A stretch of DNA of 64,000 bases from an uncultured delta proteobacterium (GCA_963765675.1 CAVXXK010000001.1:1184001-1248000), one strand, 5' to 3'; numbered from the stretch's first letter, positions 29,911-40,235 are shown. The notes: generated by a model from the letters alone, not told the origin. Numbers and translations: made by a program.

Positions 29911-30090
29911 CTATCTCGGTATTACTGGCAGGAGGAGGTACGAGGCCATATAGGCCTGATGATATACAGTCTGATGCGCAGGCATCCCCTTGGTTCCTTC
30001 TCCGAATGGCTCGCCGGTATTGAGGTTGCGGTCGAAGCGAGGAAAATTGCTAGAGCTGATTTCGAGCCGGATGCGATGGCCTCGCTTGAC
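29911..30090 (-). pseudogene. C-terminal remnant of a CocE/NonD (PepX_C) hydrolase
   Basis: Not in the ORF track. Reads VKRGHRIRLEISSSNFPRFDRNLNTGE...AHQTVYHQAYMASYLLLPVIPR*. Confidence 0.8.
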
Positions 30091-30156
30091 TTCATCGGAA
30101 ACAGAGACGTACTTGAATCCTCACGTGAGCCCAGCGCGGCCGCGACGGTGTAACTC

Positions 30157-31407
30157 GTGAATGATCAGAGTCCTTCGATGCCGCTTGCTGATCGGCGTTT
30201 CCCGCAGGGCGGCGATTGGCTGTCGCGTGAGCAATTGGCCAGCGTCACGACCGACGGGCTCGTCAATCGAACCGTCGCGCTGAAACCCTTGCTCGCCGCC
30301 AACAGCCGCGAAGCAGAACGGCTACGGCGGCCGGTCGACGCGGTCTGGAAAGCGCTGCGCGCGAGCGGAATCTTCTACCACTTCGTCCCTAAGATTTACG
30401 GCGGACTCGAGTTCGGCGTCGACGCGTTCATCGACGCGATGTTGCCGCTCGCCGAAGGATGCTCCTCAACCGGATGGGTGGCGGCGTTCTGCGTCGAGCA
30501 CAACTGGATGCTCGCCCATTTTTCAAAAGAGCTGCAGGACGAAACCTTTGGCGCCGGCTTCCCCTACATCATCGCACCGGGAGTTACCTTCCCGCCCGGA
30601 ATCATGTCGCCGGTTGCTGGCGGTTATCGCGTGACGGGCCAGTGGAAATGGGGCACGGGCGTGATGCATGCGGATTGGATTCTCGCGACGGCGATGCTGC
30701 CCAACGGTCCGCGCCCGCACCTGTATTTTATCGCCGTCCCGGCAGAACAGGCGATCGTCGTCGACACATGGCACATGGATGGGATGATCGGGACCGGCAG
30801 TAACGACATCGTGATGCGTGATGTCTTTGTGCCCGCTCATCGCGCCATCGACATGAAGGAAATGCAGGACGGCACCGCGCCGGGCTGCAAGCTGCATACG
30901 AATCCTTTGTACAGGATGCCGATGCTGCCGTTTCTGGCCGTCGCCGCGGCGATTCCGGCGGTCGGTACGGCGCGCCAAGCGGTCCGCTTGTTTCGCGAGC
31001 GACTCTCCAGACGCGTGATCGTCGGCACCGAGACTACCCAGGGCGAAAAGCCCGCCGCCCAGATGCGGCTGGCCAAAGCCCACGTGCTCACGACTACAGC
31101 CGAGACGATGATCCGGCAGGCGGCGAGAGAGAACTTCGCGCTGGCAGAAAAGGCCGCGCCCGCGAACGCCGACCAGCGCATCGAGCTGCGATGCCGTATC
31201 GCCTACGCCGTCAAATTCGCGCGCGAGGCGGTGCAAACCCTATCGGAGGCCGCCGGCGCAAGCGCCCATTCCCTGGACGATCCGCTCCAGCGCGCGCTTC
31301 GCGACATCAATACAATGTCGAGTCACGTGGTGTACGATCTCGACACTGTGCTCGAGCAGCAAGGCCGCGCGATGGTAGGTCTGCCGCCGAATACCGTGCT
31401 CGTCTGA
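30157..31407 (+). CDS. Acyl-CoA-dehydrogenase-fold flavin-dependent hydroxylase (HsaA-like oxygenase component)
   Basis: VPKIYGGLE, STGWVAAF, WKWGTGVMHADW, DTWHMDGMIGTGSND, PLQRALRD. Confidence 0.85.
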   Translation: MNDQSPSMPLADRRFPQGGDWLSREQLASVTTDGLVNRTVALKPLLAANSREAERLRRPVDAVWKALRASGIFYHFVPKIYGGLEFGVDAFIDAMLPLAEGCSSTGWVAAFCVEHNWMLAHFSKELQDETFGAGFPYIIAPGVTFPPGIMSPVAGGYRVTGQWKWGTGVMHADWILATAMLPNGPRPHLYFIAVPAEQAIVVDTWHMDGMIGTGSNDIVMRDVFVPAHRAIDMKEMQDGTAPGCKLHTNPLYRMPMLPFLAVAAAIPAVGTARQAVRLFRERLSRRVIVGTETTQGEKPAAQMRLAKAHVLTTTAETMIRQAARENFALAEKAAPANADQRIELRCRIAYAVKFAREAVQTLSEAAGASAHSLDDPLQRALRDINTMSSHVVYDLDTVLEQQGRAMVGLPPNTVLV

Positions 31408-31477
31408 CAACCGCTCAGTCGCACGGCTCTCGAAAGAATTCGATCGCCAGAGAGTGCGAGTTCATCGCCACTCAGGT

Positions 31478-32686
31478 TCAAAACGGGTTCTCGGTCGGCA
31501 GGCCCAAGGCGTAGCGCCCGAGTTGTTCTGAGACACGGTCCGGATGCGCGTTGATGTGCAACGGCATCGCCTGAAAGTCGCGATAGCGCCGCTCGAAAGA
31601 TTGCCCCTCGCGCAGTCCGTTGCCGCCAAGCACACGCAGGGTGAGCCGCATCGCATCGTCGCATAGCCGCAGGGCCATCATGCTGGCGCTGAGCTGCTCC
31701 AGATAATTGCCCTCCGTGGGAATTTGATGCGCCGCGATGCGGGCATCGGTTTTCGCGCAGGCGTCGTAGATAGTGGCGCGCGCCGCGGCGATTAGCGCGA
31801 CGGCCTGACCGAGATTCACGTGGATCGTGGGCCGCTCCGTCATCTTAACTCCCATGATGGCGACTCGTCCTTGGATGCCGCTGCAGGCTTCCTTTAGTGC
31901 CGCGTCGGCGACGCCGACCGCCATGCAGCCGAGCCAAAGATCCGAGAGCGCCACCCAGTCCTCGCGATAACGATCATCGATGACGCTATAAGCCGGATCG
32001 CGGAAAACGACGCGGTACGGCAGCGGGCACGGCACTACACTCGAAAGCGGCGCTCGCACATCTTCGTAGTGAAGGTGGTCGGTCGCCGACGCGCGCAGGC
32101 TCATCGCTTTCCAAGTCGGATCGATGCGTACACCTTTCTGATCGGTGCGCACCAAAACCAGATGGGGCGCCCGCTCGGTCTCGAAGAGGAAGGTGATTCC
32201 GGTGTAGTCGGCATAACGGCCGCCGGAGCCAAACGAGGCGACGCCGTTTAGCACGACCTTCTCTCCATCGACCTTGCCAATCACTCCAGTACCGGCGCCG
32301 GCCGGCAGACAGACCCAATGTCGATTGGCCGTGATGCTGCGCAGCAACTCGATGTGAGCGGGGCCGAGAAGGCCGCAGTAGAAGTGAAACACGCACAGGT
32401 GGTTCCACAGGCACCATCCGGTCGAGCCGCACGCCGCGGCCACGGCTTCCAGCTCTCGTCCCATCGCGGTGATGCTGCTTTCGAGGCCGCCCAATGCTCT
32501 CACAGCCGACATGCGCATGACGTCGTTGCTCTTCAACGCCGCAATCACGGCCGATGAGACCGAGCGGGTGGCGTCAGCCTCCGCCGCTTGCGCTGCGATC
32601 AAGGGCAACAGCGGCGCGATTAAAAGATCGTTCGGCTGCGCCAGAGCGGCTGAGGCATGGCTTTGATTGGAGTTGCGGCTATCCAT
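31478..32686 (-). CDS. Acyl-CoA-dehydrogenase-fold flavin-dependent hydroxylase
   Basis: ACGSTGWCLWNH, FGSGGRYAD, TWKAMSLRASAT, LGGNGL..FERRYRD. Confidence 0.8.
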   Translation of the reverse strand: MDSRNSNQSHASAALAQPNDLLIAPLLPLIAAQAAEADATRSVSSAVIAALKSNDVMRMSAVRALGGLESSITAMGRELEAVAAACGSTGWCLWNHLCVFHFYCGLLGPAHIELLRSITANRHWVCLPAGAGTGVIGKVDGEKVVLNGVASFGSGGRYADYTGITFLFETERAPHLVLVRTDQKGVRIDPTWKAMSLRASATDHLHYEDVRAPLSSVVPCPLPYRVVFRDPAYSVIDDRYREDWVALSDLWLGCMAVGVADAALKEACSGIQGRVAIMGVKMTERPTIHVNLGQAVALIAAARATIYDACAKTDARIAAHQIPTEGNYLEQLSASMMALRLCDDAMRLTLRVLGGNGLREGQSFERRYRDFQAMPLHINAHPDRVSEQLGRYALGLPTENPF

Positions 32687-33110
32687 TTTTCTATATCGCT
32701 AATCCAGAGACTAATTTAACCCGGGGTCGTCACGCTGCGCTCGCGTGGGGCCGATTGGTTTTACCTTAGTTGGAACATCGTGTCTCGCCCGGATCATTCG
32801 GCGAATCTCGACCTAACGTCCGCCGATGGGATTGGGCAGGTTTTAGTTCGCGTGCGATTCGGGGCGCCGAACGACTCGTCGACTTCGAGATCGAAGAGGT
32901 CATCGAAAACGCCGAAGGCTTTCCGCTCCTGACCAAATTTCGCCAACCGTCGCGTTTCAATCGCAAATCTGAGCCCTCGCTTCGATTGGCCTTTCGATAA
33001 GGACAGGTGCAAAAGATTGCGCTTGATGCGAGTATACTGAACCTCGGCTAAAAGTGGTTACCTTGGCAAAAAAGGGGACGAGATAAAATCGTGAGGATTC
33101 GTGGATTTGT

Positions 33111-34088
33111 ATGAATAAGAGCAAGCCCCGTTTCGGCCTCACCCTACCAAACCGAGGTGTAATCACCGGTGCGACTACCATCGCCGAGATGCTCGAGATG
33201 GCCGAGTGGGCGGACTCCGCCGGGTGGGACTCAGTCTGGGTTGGTGATTCAATCTTCGCCAAGCCGCGCCTCGACGCGATTGCGCTGCTCGGCGCGCTCG
33301 CGGCCCGGACCAAGCGTGTCCGCTTGGGGCCAGCGTGCTTCGCCAGCACTCCACTTCGTGATCCTCTGATCCTCGCCTATCAGTGGGCGTGCCTCGATTT
33401 CATGTCGGGCGGCCGCACTATTTTCGTCGCGTGCAAGGGCCAGCCCGAAGTCGGCGGCGGCAACTTCGAGCAGGAGTTTGCCATGCTTCGGGTCGATCCG
33501 AAGTCGCGCGTACGCCGAATGGAAGAGGCGATCGAGATCATGCGGCTGACCTCGTCGCGCGAAGGTGTTAGCTACGATGGCAAATACACGAGTTTCCGCG
33601 ATCTAACGATTCTGCCGCGTCCCGTTCAGCAGCCCCTCCCCATCTGGGTGACGGCCAATCCGCGCTTGCCCCGCGACTTCCCGAGCGCGTTCCGCCGCGT
33701 CGCGAAGCTCGGCGACGGCTGGATGACCACTGGCGGTACACCCGACACGTTGCGCCAATCGCTCGCGATGATTCGCGGCTATGCGCACGAGCTCGGTCGC
33801 GATTTGCCGGCGAACTTCGAGGTCTGTGTCTATTACAACATCAACGTCAACGAGGATCGCGAGGCGGCACTGGCCGAATCCAAGCGCTTCCTCGATGTCT
33901 ACTACTCGACAGACTACTCGCGCGACTTTCTGGAAAACTGGGTCGCCATGGGATCGCCCGCCCAGTGCATCGAGAACATCCGCGGCTTCATAGATGCGGG
34001 CGCCACCACGATCACACTCCGAATAACGGGCTACGATCAGAAAAAGCAGTTCAAGCGCGTAACGCAGGAAGTACTGGCGCAAATCTAG
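33111..34088 (+). CDS. LLM-class flavin/F420-dependent oxidoreductase
   Basis: GWDSVWVGDSI, AARTKRVRLG, PRPVQQPLPIW, RVAKLGDGW. Confidence 0.9.
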   Translation: MNKSKPRFGLTLPNRGVITGATTIAEMLEMAEWADSAGWDSVWVGDSIFAKPRLDAIALLGALAARTKRVRLGPACFASTPLRDPLILAYQWACLDFMSGGRTIFVACKGQPEVGGGNFEQEFAMLRVDPKSRVRRMEEAIEIMRLTSSREGVSYDGKYTSFRDLTILPRPVQQPLPIWVTANPRLPRDFPSAFRRVAKLGDGWMTTGGTPDTLRQSLAMIRGYAHELGRDLPANFEVCVYYNINVNEDREAALAESKRFLDVYYSTDYSRDFLENWVAMGSPAQCIENIRGFIDAGATTITLRITGYDQKKQFKRVTQEVLAQI

Positions 34089-34153
34089 ATCCGATGTGCA
34101 TCGCTCCGGAACGAAGACATCGATCCTTTGTCCACCTTCCCGGAGGGACCGGC

Positions 34154-35065
34154 CTAATAGCGGTTCTTCGTCACAGTGGGCAGGTCATACTCAGAGCGGC
34201 ACATGTCTTCATAGTCGCGCTTCGCCCGCTCGACTAACATCGCGCGATCTTTTTCCGGCAGGCCACCGAGCATTGCCACTTTGCGGTAATCGCTCGGCAC
34301 GTAGCTCAGATGACTTACCAGGCCATAGGCAGGATCGAGCACGTGAAGCTGGATCGCGCGAGGTTCCATGACGAACTCGAAGCCGTCGCCGCCCGCGAGA
34401 TCAAGCGACACTTGATGGCACGTGCTCGGCGCGGTCGATGCTATGGTGCCTGCCCACGCGACGTGGATCGGCCGGTGGATGTGGCCGGCCGCCACCCGGA
34501 CCACATTGCGGTGGCGGGCGACGATCTCCTCCATCCGGCGGCCGCCATGCAGACCGGACGAGTCCATCCAGTTTACGCCGGTGCGAAACGGTGGATGATG
34601 CATGAAAATCATCGTGGGGCGATCCGGTTGCGCGCTCAGCGTTTCCTCCAGCCATTCCAGTCGCGCATCGCACATCATGCCGTGATGATGCTCGGGCACT
34701 GATGTATCGAGTCCGAGGAGCCGGATCGGGTAATCATCGATCGCGTAATGGACAAAGGGCGATCCGGCGCCCGGCAGGTACGGCCTATCGGCAAAAGCCT
34801 TGAGGAGTGCATCGCGCCGGTCATGATTGCCCGGAATCACGAACACCGGCATCGCTAGCGGCGCGAGGATCTCGCGCAGGACCTCGTATTCTTCTTCGCG
34901 GCCATGATCGACCAGATCGCCCGACGCAATTACGACGTCCGGTCGCGGTGCAAGACTATTGATGTGACCGACCGCCTCTGCCAGCTGTGCGTTGGTCGGA
35001 ATTTGCCGATAGCAGAGGCGGTCCTTCGCTACCACATGCAGGTCGGTTATCTGCGCGACGATCAT
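34154..35065 (-). CDS. Calcineurin-like metallophosphoesterase (CpdA/GpdQ-type phosphodiesterase)
   Basis: TDLH, SGDLVD, PGNHD, MHHPP, GHIHR. Confidence 0.9.
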   Translation of the reverse strand: MIVAQITDLHVVAKDRLCYRQIPTNAQLAEAVGHINSLAPRPDVVIASGDLVDHGREEEYEVLREILAPLAMPVFVIPGNHDRRDALLKAFADRPYLPGAGSPFVHYAIDDYPIRLLGLDTSVPEHHHGMMCDARLEWLEETLSAQPDRPTMIFMHHPPFRTGVNWMDSSGLHGGRRMEEIVARHRNVVRVAAGHIHRPIHVAWAGTIASTAPSTCHQVSLDLAGGDGFEFVMEPRAIQLHVLDPAYGLVSHLSYVPSDYRKVAMLGGLPEKDRAMLVERAKRDYEDMCRSEYDLPTVTKNRY

Positions 35066-35081
35066 CTTTCACCCGCGCTTG

Positions 35082-35480
35082 TCAGGCGGCGACGAAGACC
35101 TCGCGGGCGTGGTTGGTATCGCAGTACTCCAGGACCTGCGCGATACGGTCGCCGTCGAACTTGAGGTAGAAGTGATACAGATTGTTGTACTTGCGGCCGT
35201 TGGCGGCCGTCGTGTTCGACTCGCATTGTACCGAAACGTTGTTGCCTTCGCTGAAGACGGTGCCGAACTTCATGTTGACGCCGTTGGGCATCATCGTTTT
35301 GAGGCCCTTGGCAAATCCCTTGAGCCCTTCCTTTCCTTTGACTGGCGCGAAGCCTGGCATCCGCGTCATCACGCGCCATTCGAAATTGTCGGCGACCATA
35401 GGTTCGATTTTAGCCGGGTCCGGATTCTCAAGCGTCGACAGAAACTCGACTGCTCTTTCTTTTTGTTGTGCTGGTGTCAT
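35082..35480 (-). CDS. NTF2/SnoaL-like protein
   Basis: EGNNVSVQCES, NGRKYNNLYHF, EYCDT. Confidence 0.85.
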   Translation of the reverse strand: MTPAQQKERAVEFLSTLENPDPAKIEPMVADNFEWRVMTRMPGFAPVKGKEGLKGFAKGLKTMMPNGVNMKFGTVFSEGNNVSVQCESNTTAANGRKYNNLYHFYLKFDGDRIAQVLEYCDTNHAREVFVAA

Positions 35481-35550
35481 GGCGAAACCTCCTGATGTGT
35501 CGATAGCTACTCAAACGGAACCGATTGCGCAAACTCGCGAAGTATAGGGT

Positions 35551-36498
35551 TCAGCTTCGCGGCAGAAACTCGTTGCGAAGGCCGGACGTCAGTTGCGATG
35601 GCGCCGTGCGATCGAGCGAGTCGAGGTCCCATCCACCTTCGCGAATCATCGTGCGCGACGGCTCGGGTTCCGGGTAGATGCCGACCATCTCACCTCCGGC
35701 CACAAACGTTCTGCCGTTCACATTCGCGGCGGCCTCGGTACACAACCACACCACCAGCGCGGCGACCTGCTCGGGCTTGTTGTCGAGCGGATTCGCCATC
35801 GGTACCGGCACGCCGCGGTCGCCGAGCATCGCGCGCGTGCGCTCCATTGCTTTGAGCGCCTCCTCGTCGAACAGCCGCGTGGCGGCGCGAGGCCGAATCG
35901 CGTTGCATCGCACGTTGAAGCGCCCGAGGTCGCGCGCAATCGTGCGTGTGAAACCTACGATGCCTTCCTTCGCCGCCGAGTAGCTCGATTGCCCCAGGTG
36001 ACCGAGGCCCGACTCGGACGCGGTGTTGACGATTACGCCGCTTTTGTGTTCGCGAAAAATCATCGCGGCCGCACGGATGGTCGAGAAGGTGCCCTTCATA
36101 TGCACCGCGATGACGTCGTCCCAATCGCTCTCACTCATATTGTAGATGATGCGCGGGCGCACGATGCCGGCGTTGTTGACGAGAATGTCGAGCCGCCCGA
36201 AGCTATCGAGCGCGGTTTGAATGATTCGCGCGCCACCGTCCATGGTCGCGACGTTGTCGTAATTCGCTACCGCCGCGCCGCCTGCGGCGCGGATTTCCTC
36301 CACCACTTGCGCGGCGACGCGAACGTCGGCGCCTCCGCCGATCGGACCGCCGCCCAAATCGTTAACCACGACCTTCGCGCCCTCGCGCGCCAGCAGCATC
36401 GCCTCGGCGCGCCCGATGCCTCGGCCGGCGCCGGTGACAACAGCTACCTTTCCGGAAAGCCGCTTTTTTCCCGCTGTTTGTTCGTCTGCCATATCCAT
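35551..36498 (-). CDS. Short-chain dehydrogenase (MFE-2/17beta-HSD4-like 3-hydroxyacyl-CoA type)
   Basis: TGAGRGIG, VVVNDLG, NNAGI, YSAAK, NAIRPRAATR. Confidence 0.92.
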   Translation of the reverse strand: MDMADEQTAGKKRLSGKVAVVTGAGRGIGRAEAMLLAREGAKVVVNDLGGGPIGGGADVRVAAQVVEEIRAAGGAAVANYDNVATMDGGARIIQTALDSFGRLDILVNNAGIVRPRIIYNMSESDWDDVIAVHMKGTFSTIRAAAMIFREHKSGVIVNTASESGLGHLGQSSYSAAKEGIVGFTRTIARDLGRFNVRCNAIRPRAATRLFDEEALKAMERTRAMLGDRGVPVPMANPLDNKPEQVAALVVWLCTEAAANVNGRTFVAGGEMVGIYPEPEPSRTMIREGGWDLDSLDRTAPSQLTSGLRNEFLPRS

Positions 36499-36587
36499 AG
36501 CTCCTGCGCCGAGTCGAATACTCCCCCTGTCTCCTCACCCAAATGCCGGAATCGCCGGCGACAAGTAACAGTCCCTTCAGGATGTGT

Positions 36588-36618
36588 TTGACATCCTTTC
36601 CAGAATATTCGGTATCAT
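36588..36618 (+). promoter_or_regulatory. Possible sigma70 promoter TTGACA-N19-TATCAT for the amidohydrolase pair
   Basis: Good hexamers, but the spacer is long. Confidence 0.35.
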
Positions 36619-36685
36619 GGTTACCGGCCAACTAAACGATCGGTCAGGAGCACAGGCTGAAGCCTGTGCCACGGAGATTCGCACG

Positions 36686-37813
36686 ATGCCATCGAAAGAT
36701 ATCGTTGTCGACGCTGACGGACACATCCTCGAGCCGCCCGACCTGTGGGAAAAATATCTCGAAGCGAAGTATCAGCCGCATTCAATCAAGGTGGTGAAAA
36801 ACGAGAAGGGCCTCGAGTGCCTGCAATATGACGGCAAACTCTCTCAGATGGCGCAGCCCGGGTTCCTCGCCGCACTTGGGGGGATGGGCAAGGAGCAGGA
36901 TCAACTGCGCCCCGACGCGGAGCGAACCTATGTCGGAAGCGCGCCGTTCGGCTCGATGGACGCGCGCGAGCGCGTCGAGCTACTCGATCGCGAGAACCTC
37001 GCCAAGGCGGTGCTCTATCCGACCCTGGGAATTTTGTGGGAGGCCGAAGTTGAGGACGTCGAGCTCTCGCAGGCTTACTGCCGCGCTTACAATCGCTGGA
37101 TTGCCGACTTCTGCCGGCCCTACAGCGATCGTCTGATCCCGATCGCGCATTTGTCGCTCGGCGATCCTCAGGCTGCCGCCGCGGAACTCGAACGCGCCGT
37201 CAAAGACGGATGCCGCGGCGCGTTCGTTGCGCCGTTCACGATCACGCATAAGCCGCACGGCCATTCCGATCACGATCCGGTTTTCGCGATGGCTGAGAAA
37301 CTCGACGTGCCGTTCGCGATTCATCCGACCTTCGAACCCAAGGGGCTCAATCGCGCGCGCTTTCACGGGATGGAGCGGATGCCGCTGCTGGGCGTGATTG
37401 CTTCGCAGATTCTGCAGCAGCCGCTCTCGACATTTTTCCAGTTCGGCGTCTTCGACAAATTTCCCAAGCTGCGGGTGGTGATCCTCGAATCCGGTTCCTC
37501 ATGGCTCGGGTTCTGGATGGATCGCATGGATGAAGGCTACGAAACCTGGATCGGCGGCACGCTGCCGCTGAAAAAAAAGCCCAGCGAGTACGTGCGCAAG
37601 CAGGTATGGATCTCCGGCGATCCCGACGAGCAGGCCACCGCTTACGTGATCGATTACGTGGGACGTGATCGCTTCTTCTGGGCCAGCGACTTTCCGCATC
37701 CGGACCACGGAGGCAAATACCTCGACGCGCTCGAAAGGATGGTCGCACCGATGGGACCGGAGGCCCGCCGCGGCATCGTCGGTAAAAACGTCATCGACTG
37801 TTACAAACTGTAG
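36686..37813 (+). CDS. Amidohydrolase_2 family protein
   Basis: VDADGHILEP, AVLYPT, RAYNRWIADFC, ILESG, WASDFPHPD. Start taken at ATG 36686. Confidence 0.9.
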   Translation: MPSKDIVVDADGHILEPPDLWEKYLEAKYQPHSIKVVKNEKGLECLQYDGKLSQMAQPGFLAALGGMGKEQDQLRPDAERTYVGSAPFGSMDARERVELLDRENLAKAVLYPTLGILWEAEVEDVELSQAYCRAYNRWIADFCRPYSDRLIPIAHLSLGDPQAAAAELERAVKDGCRGAFVAPFTITHKPHGHSDHDPVFAMAEKLDVPFAIHPTFEPKGLNRARFHGMERMPLLGVIASQILQQPLSTFFQFGVFDKFPKLRVVILESGSSWLGFWMDRMDEGYETWIGGTLPLKKKPSEYVRKQVWISGDPDEQATAYVIDYVGRDRFFWASDFPHPDHGGKYLDALERMVAPMGPEARRGIVGKNVIDCYKL

Positions 37814-37824
37814 GATCAGAAAAG

Positions 37825-38949
37825 ATGCCGGGAAATCAGCTCATCATCGACGCCGACGGGCATATCCTCGAGCCGGTCGACATGTGGGACAAATACCTTG
37901 AGGAAAAATTTCGCGCGCGCGGAATCAAGATTAAGCGCGATGACAAGCGGATGGAGTTCCTCGAGTACGATGGCAAACCCGCGCAACTGATGCGCAGCGG
38001 CGTGCTGCACACGCTTGGCGCGATGGGCCGTAATGCTCAGGAGATGAGGCCCTCGGCGGAGCGCACTTACGTGAACTCCGCGCCGTTCGGATCGATGGAC
38101 ATGAAGGAGCGGCTTAAGCTGCTCGATCAGGACGGCATCGACAAGGCGATTCTCTACCCGACCATCGGGCTCTTGTGGGAAGCCGAAGTCGAGGACCCGG
38201 AACTCAGCAACGCCTACTGCCGCGCCTACAATCGATGGATTGCGGATTTCTGCCGCGACTCGGGCGGGCGTCTCATTCCGATCGCGCATCTCTCGATGCT
38301 CGATGTTCCCGCCGCCGTCGCCGAGTTGGAGCGCGCGGTCAAGGACGGGTGCGAGGGCGCCTTCGTGGCGCCTTTCAACCACTTGCGCAAGGCGCACGGT
38401 CATCCTGACTTCGATCCGTTGTTCGCGAAGTTCCAGGAGCTCGACGTTCCATACGGAATCCATCCGACCTTCGAGCCGGCGTCGCTCGCGTCGCGCCGCT
38501 TCAGCGGGCTGGGCTCCTCGATTTGGTATCATCAGGTGACCGCGTGCTACGGCGCGCAGGTCGCGTTTACGACGCTGTTCTCGTTCGGCGTGTTCGACAA
38601 GTTTCCGAAGCTCAAAACGGTGGTGCTCGAATCTGGCGGCGGGTGGATCGGTTACTGGGTGGACAGGATGGATGCGCTGTACGAGGTCCCGATAAATCGC
38701 GCACCGCTGAAAAATCCGCCGAGTCATTACATCCGCACGCAGAGCTGGATTTCCGCCGATCCGGACGAGCGCGCGCTGGCCGGGCTAATCAAATTTGTCG
38801 GCGACCGATTCTTCTGGGCGAGCGATTTTCCGCATCAGGATCACGGGCGCGAATACATGAAAGAGCTGAAGGGGCTGCTGGCCGAGATGCCGTCGGCCTC
38901 GGGTGCAAAACTCGCGGGCGAGACAGTCGCCAGTTTGTATAAAATTTGA
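37825..38949 (+). CDS. Amidohydrolase_2 family protein (tandem paralog)
   Basis: Same motif set as the upstream gene. Confidence 0.9.
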   Translation: MPGNQLIIDADGHILEPVDMWDKYLEEKFRARGIKIKRDDKRMEFLEYDGKPAQLMRSGVLHTLGAMGRNAQEMRPSAERTYVNSAPFGSMDMKERLKLLDQDGIDKAILYPTIGLLWEAEVEDPELSNAYCRAYNRWIADFCRDSGGRLIPIAHLSMLDVPAAVAELERAVKDGCEGAFVAPFNHLRKAHGHPDFDPLFAKFQELDVPYGIHPTFEPASLASRRFSGLGSSIWYHQVTACYGAQVAFTTLFSFGVFDKFPKLKTVVLESGGGWIGYWVDRMDALYEVPINRAPLKNPPSHYIRTQSWISADPDERALAGLIKFVGDRFFWASDFPHQDHGREYMKELKGLLAEMPSASGAKLAGETVASLYKI

Positions 38950-38957
38950 TCCGTCGG

Positions 38958-39362
38958 CTACGCCGATGCCGCGTAGCTGATGAATTCGAGCAGGTTCCCG
39001 TCGGGATCGCGGAAGTAGACGCTGATCCCCTTGCCGCGTCCGCCCAGCCGCGGCACCGGACCTTCCTCGATCTCGATGCTGTTGCGCCTCAGATGCTCGA
39101 TGACGGAGTCGGGCGTGCCGGGCCACACGAAGCAGTAGTCGCCGCCGCCGATCATCGGATGCCTCGCCTTCAGCGTGATCTTGTTGTCCGGCGGATGCAG
39201 ATTGAACCGATTGCGTCCGAAGCTGACGCTGACGATCGGCCACTTGCCCGCGCGCCATTTCTCCAGGCCATCCGCCTTCGCACCGAACACGCGCACATAA
39301 AATTCCACCGAGCGCTCGATGTCGCCCACCGGCATCGCGACATGATCAATATCGATTTCCAT
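38958..39362 (-). CDS. VOC (glyoxalase-like) family protein
   Basis: IDHVAMPVGDIERSVEFY, EGPVPRLGG, YFRDPDGNLLE. Confidence 0.9.
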   Translation of the reverse strand: MEIDIDHVAMPVGDIERSVEFYVRVFGAKADGLEKWRAGKWPIVSVSFGRNRFNLHPPDNKITLKARHPMIGGGDYCFVWPGTPDSVIEHLRRNSIEIEEGPVPRLGGRGKGISVYFRDPDGNLLEFISYAASA

Positions 39363-39374
39363 GAGAATCTCTCC

Positions 39375-40235
39375 TCACACTGGATGCTGGCGGAAGGTCA
39401 ACTCGACTGCGACCGCGGGCGCCTCCGATGGTGGACCTCCGGCTGAGAAGAACGCGCCGGCCAGTGCGAGCGGCGCCTCGCTGCGGAACCATACCGCGCG
39501 CCGGTACGGCTCGCCACGGAACGACGGCTTCCGGTACACGATGCGCGCGTGGGCGGCGAACAGCCGTCGGAGGTCATGCCCCGAGGCGGCCAGCAGGTCG
39601 GCGACGTGTTCCTCCATCGCACGGAGATACGCCGTTCCATTGATGTGTCGATTCGGATCGGTCTGGCCGTAGTGCCACGCGTGAGTCTGCGTTTCGATGA
39701 AGTCCGGTTTGCGCGCGAGATCGATGATCGCGTCGATGCCCGGAACTTCGATGATGCGCGTCGGCTGCTCTCCTAGTCCCAGCTCCGGCGGCAGTGATGA
39801 GACGCGGCGGCGCGCGGGATCGGGATCGTAGCGCGTGAATACGTTGAGCATCCGCGCACTGGCCAGCTGTGCTCCGGCCGCATCGAGAACGACATGGCGT
39901 CCCTCGCGCACCAGATGACGCACCGCGCCGGAGGCATCCAGCGACCTCCCGAGGAAAGATTCGCCTCGAATGATGACTCGCGCGGTCGGATCGCATGGAA
40001 GGTCGCGAGTTTCCAACTCGACATACACCAGCGGAGTGAAGATGCCGGCCGCCTTTTCGAAATCGTGCAGGCCAGCGAGGATGCGCTGCCACGGCGCGAA
40101 GTGCGAGCGGCCGGCGTATTCCGAAACCGACGAAAGCTTGATGCTTCGATTTTCGGTCAGGGTCTGGAAGTGAACCGGTTCGCGCATTCGCGTGCGCACG
40201 ATCCGATCGGCGAGGTTCGCAAACCGTTTTGCCAT
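39375..40235 (-). CDS. Double-hotdog acyl-ACP-thioesterase-like protein
   Basis: TDPNRHINGTAY resembles the DxNxHVNN thioesterase motif. Also RIVYRKP. Confidence 0.55.
   Translation of the reverse strand: MAKRFANLADRIVRTRMREPVHFQTLTENRSIKLSSVSEYAGRSHFAPWQRILAGLHDFEKAAGIFTPLVYVELETRDLPCDPTARVIIRGESFLGRSLDASGAVRHLVREGRHVVLDAAGAQLASARMLNVFTRYDPDPARRRVSSLPPELGLGEQPTRIIEVPGIDAIIDLARKPDFIETQTHAWHYGQTDPNRHINGTAYLRAMEEHVADLLAASGHDLRRLFAAHARIVYRKPSFRGEPYRRAVWFRSEAPLALAGAFFSAGGPPSEAPAVAVELTFRQHPV

Noticed and set aside
35593-36591. Long antisense ORFs (also 17771-18781, 37816-38727, 52382-53362, 55963-56961) and a same-strand alternative-frame ORF at 52279-53496
   Set aside because: They are shadow frames of well-supported genes in GC-rich DNA and show no family motifs.
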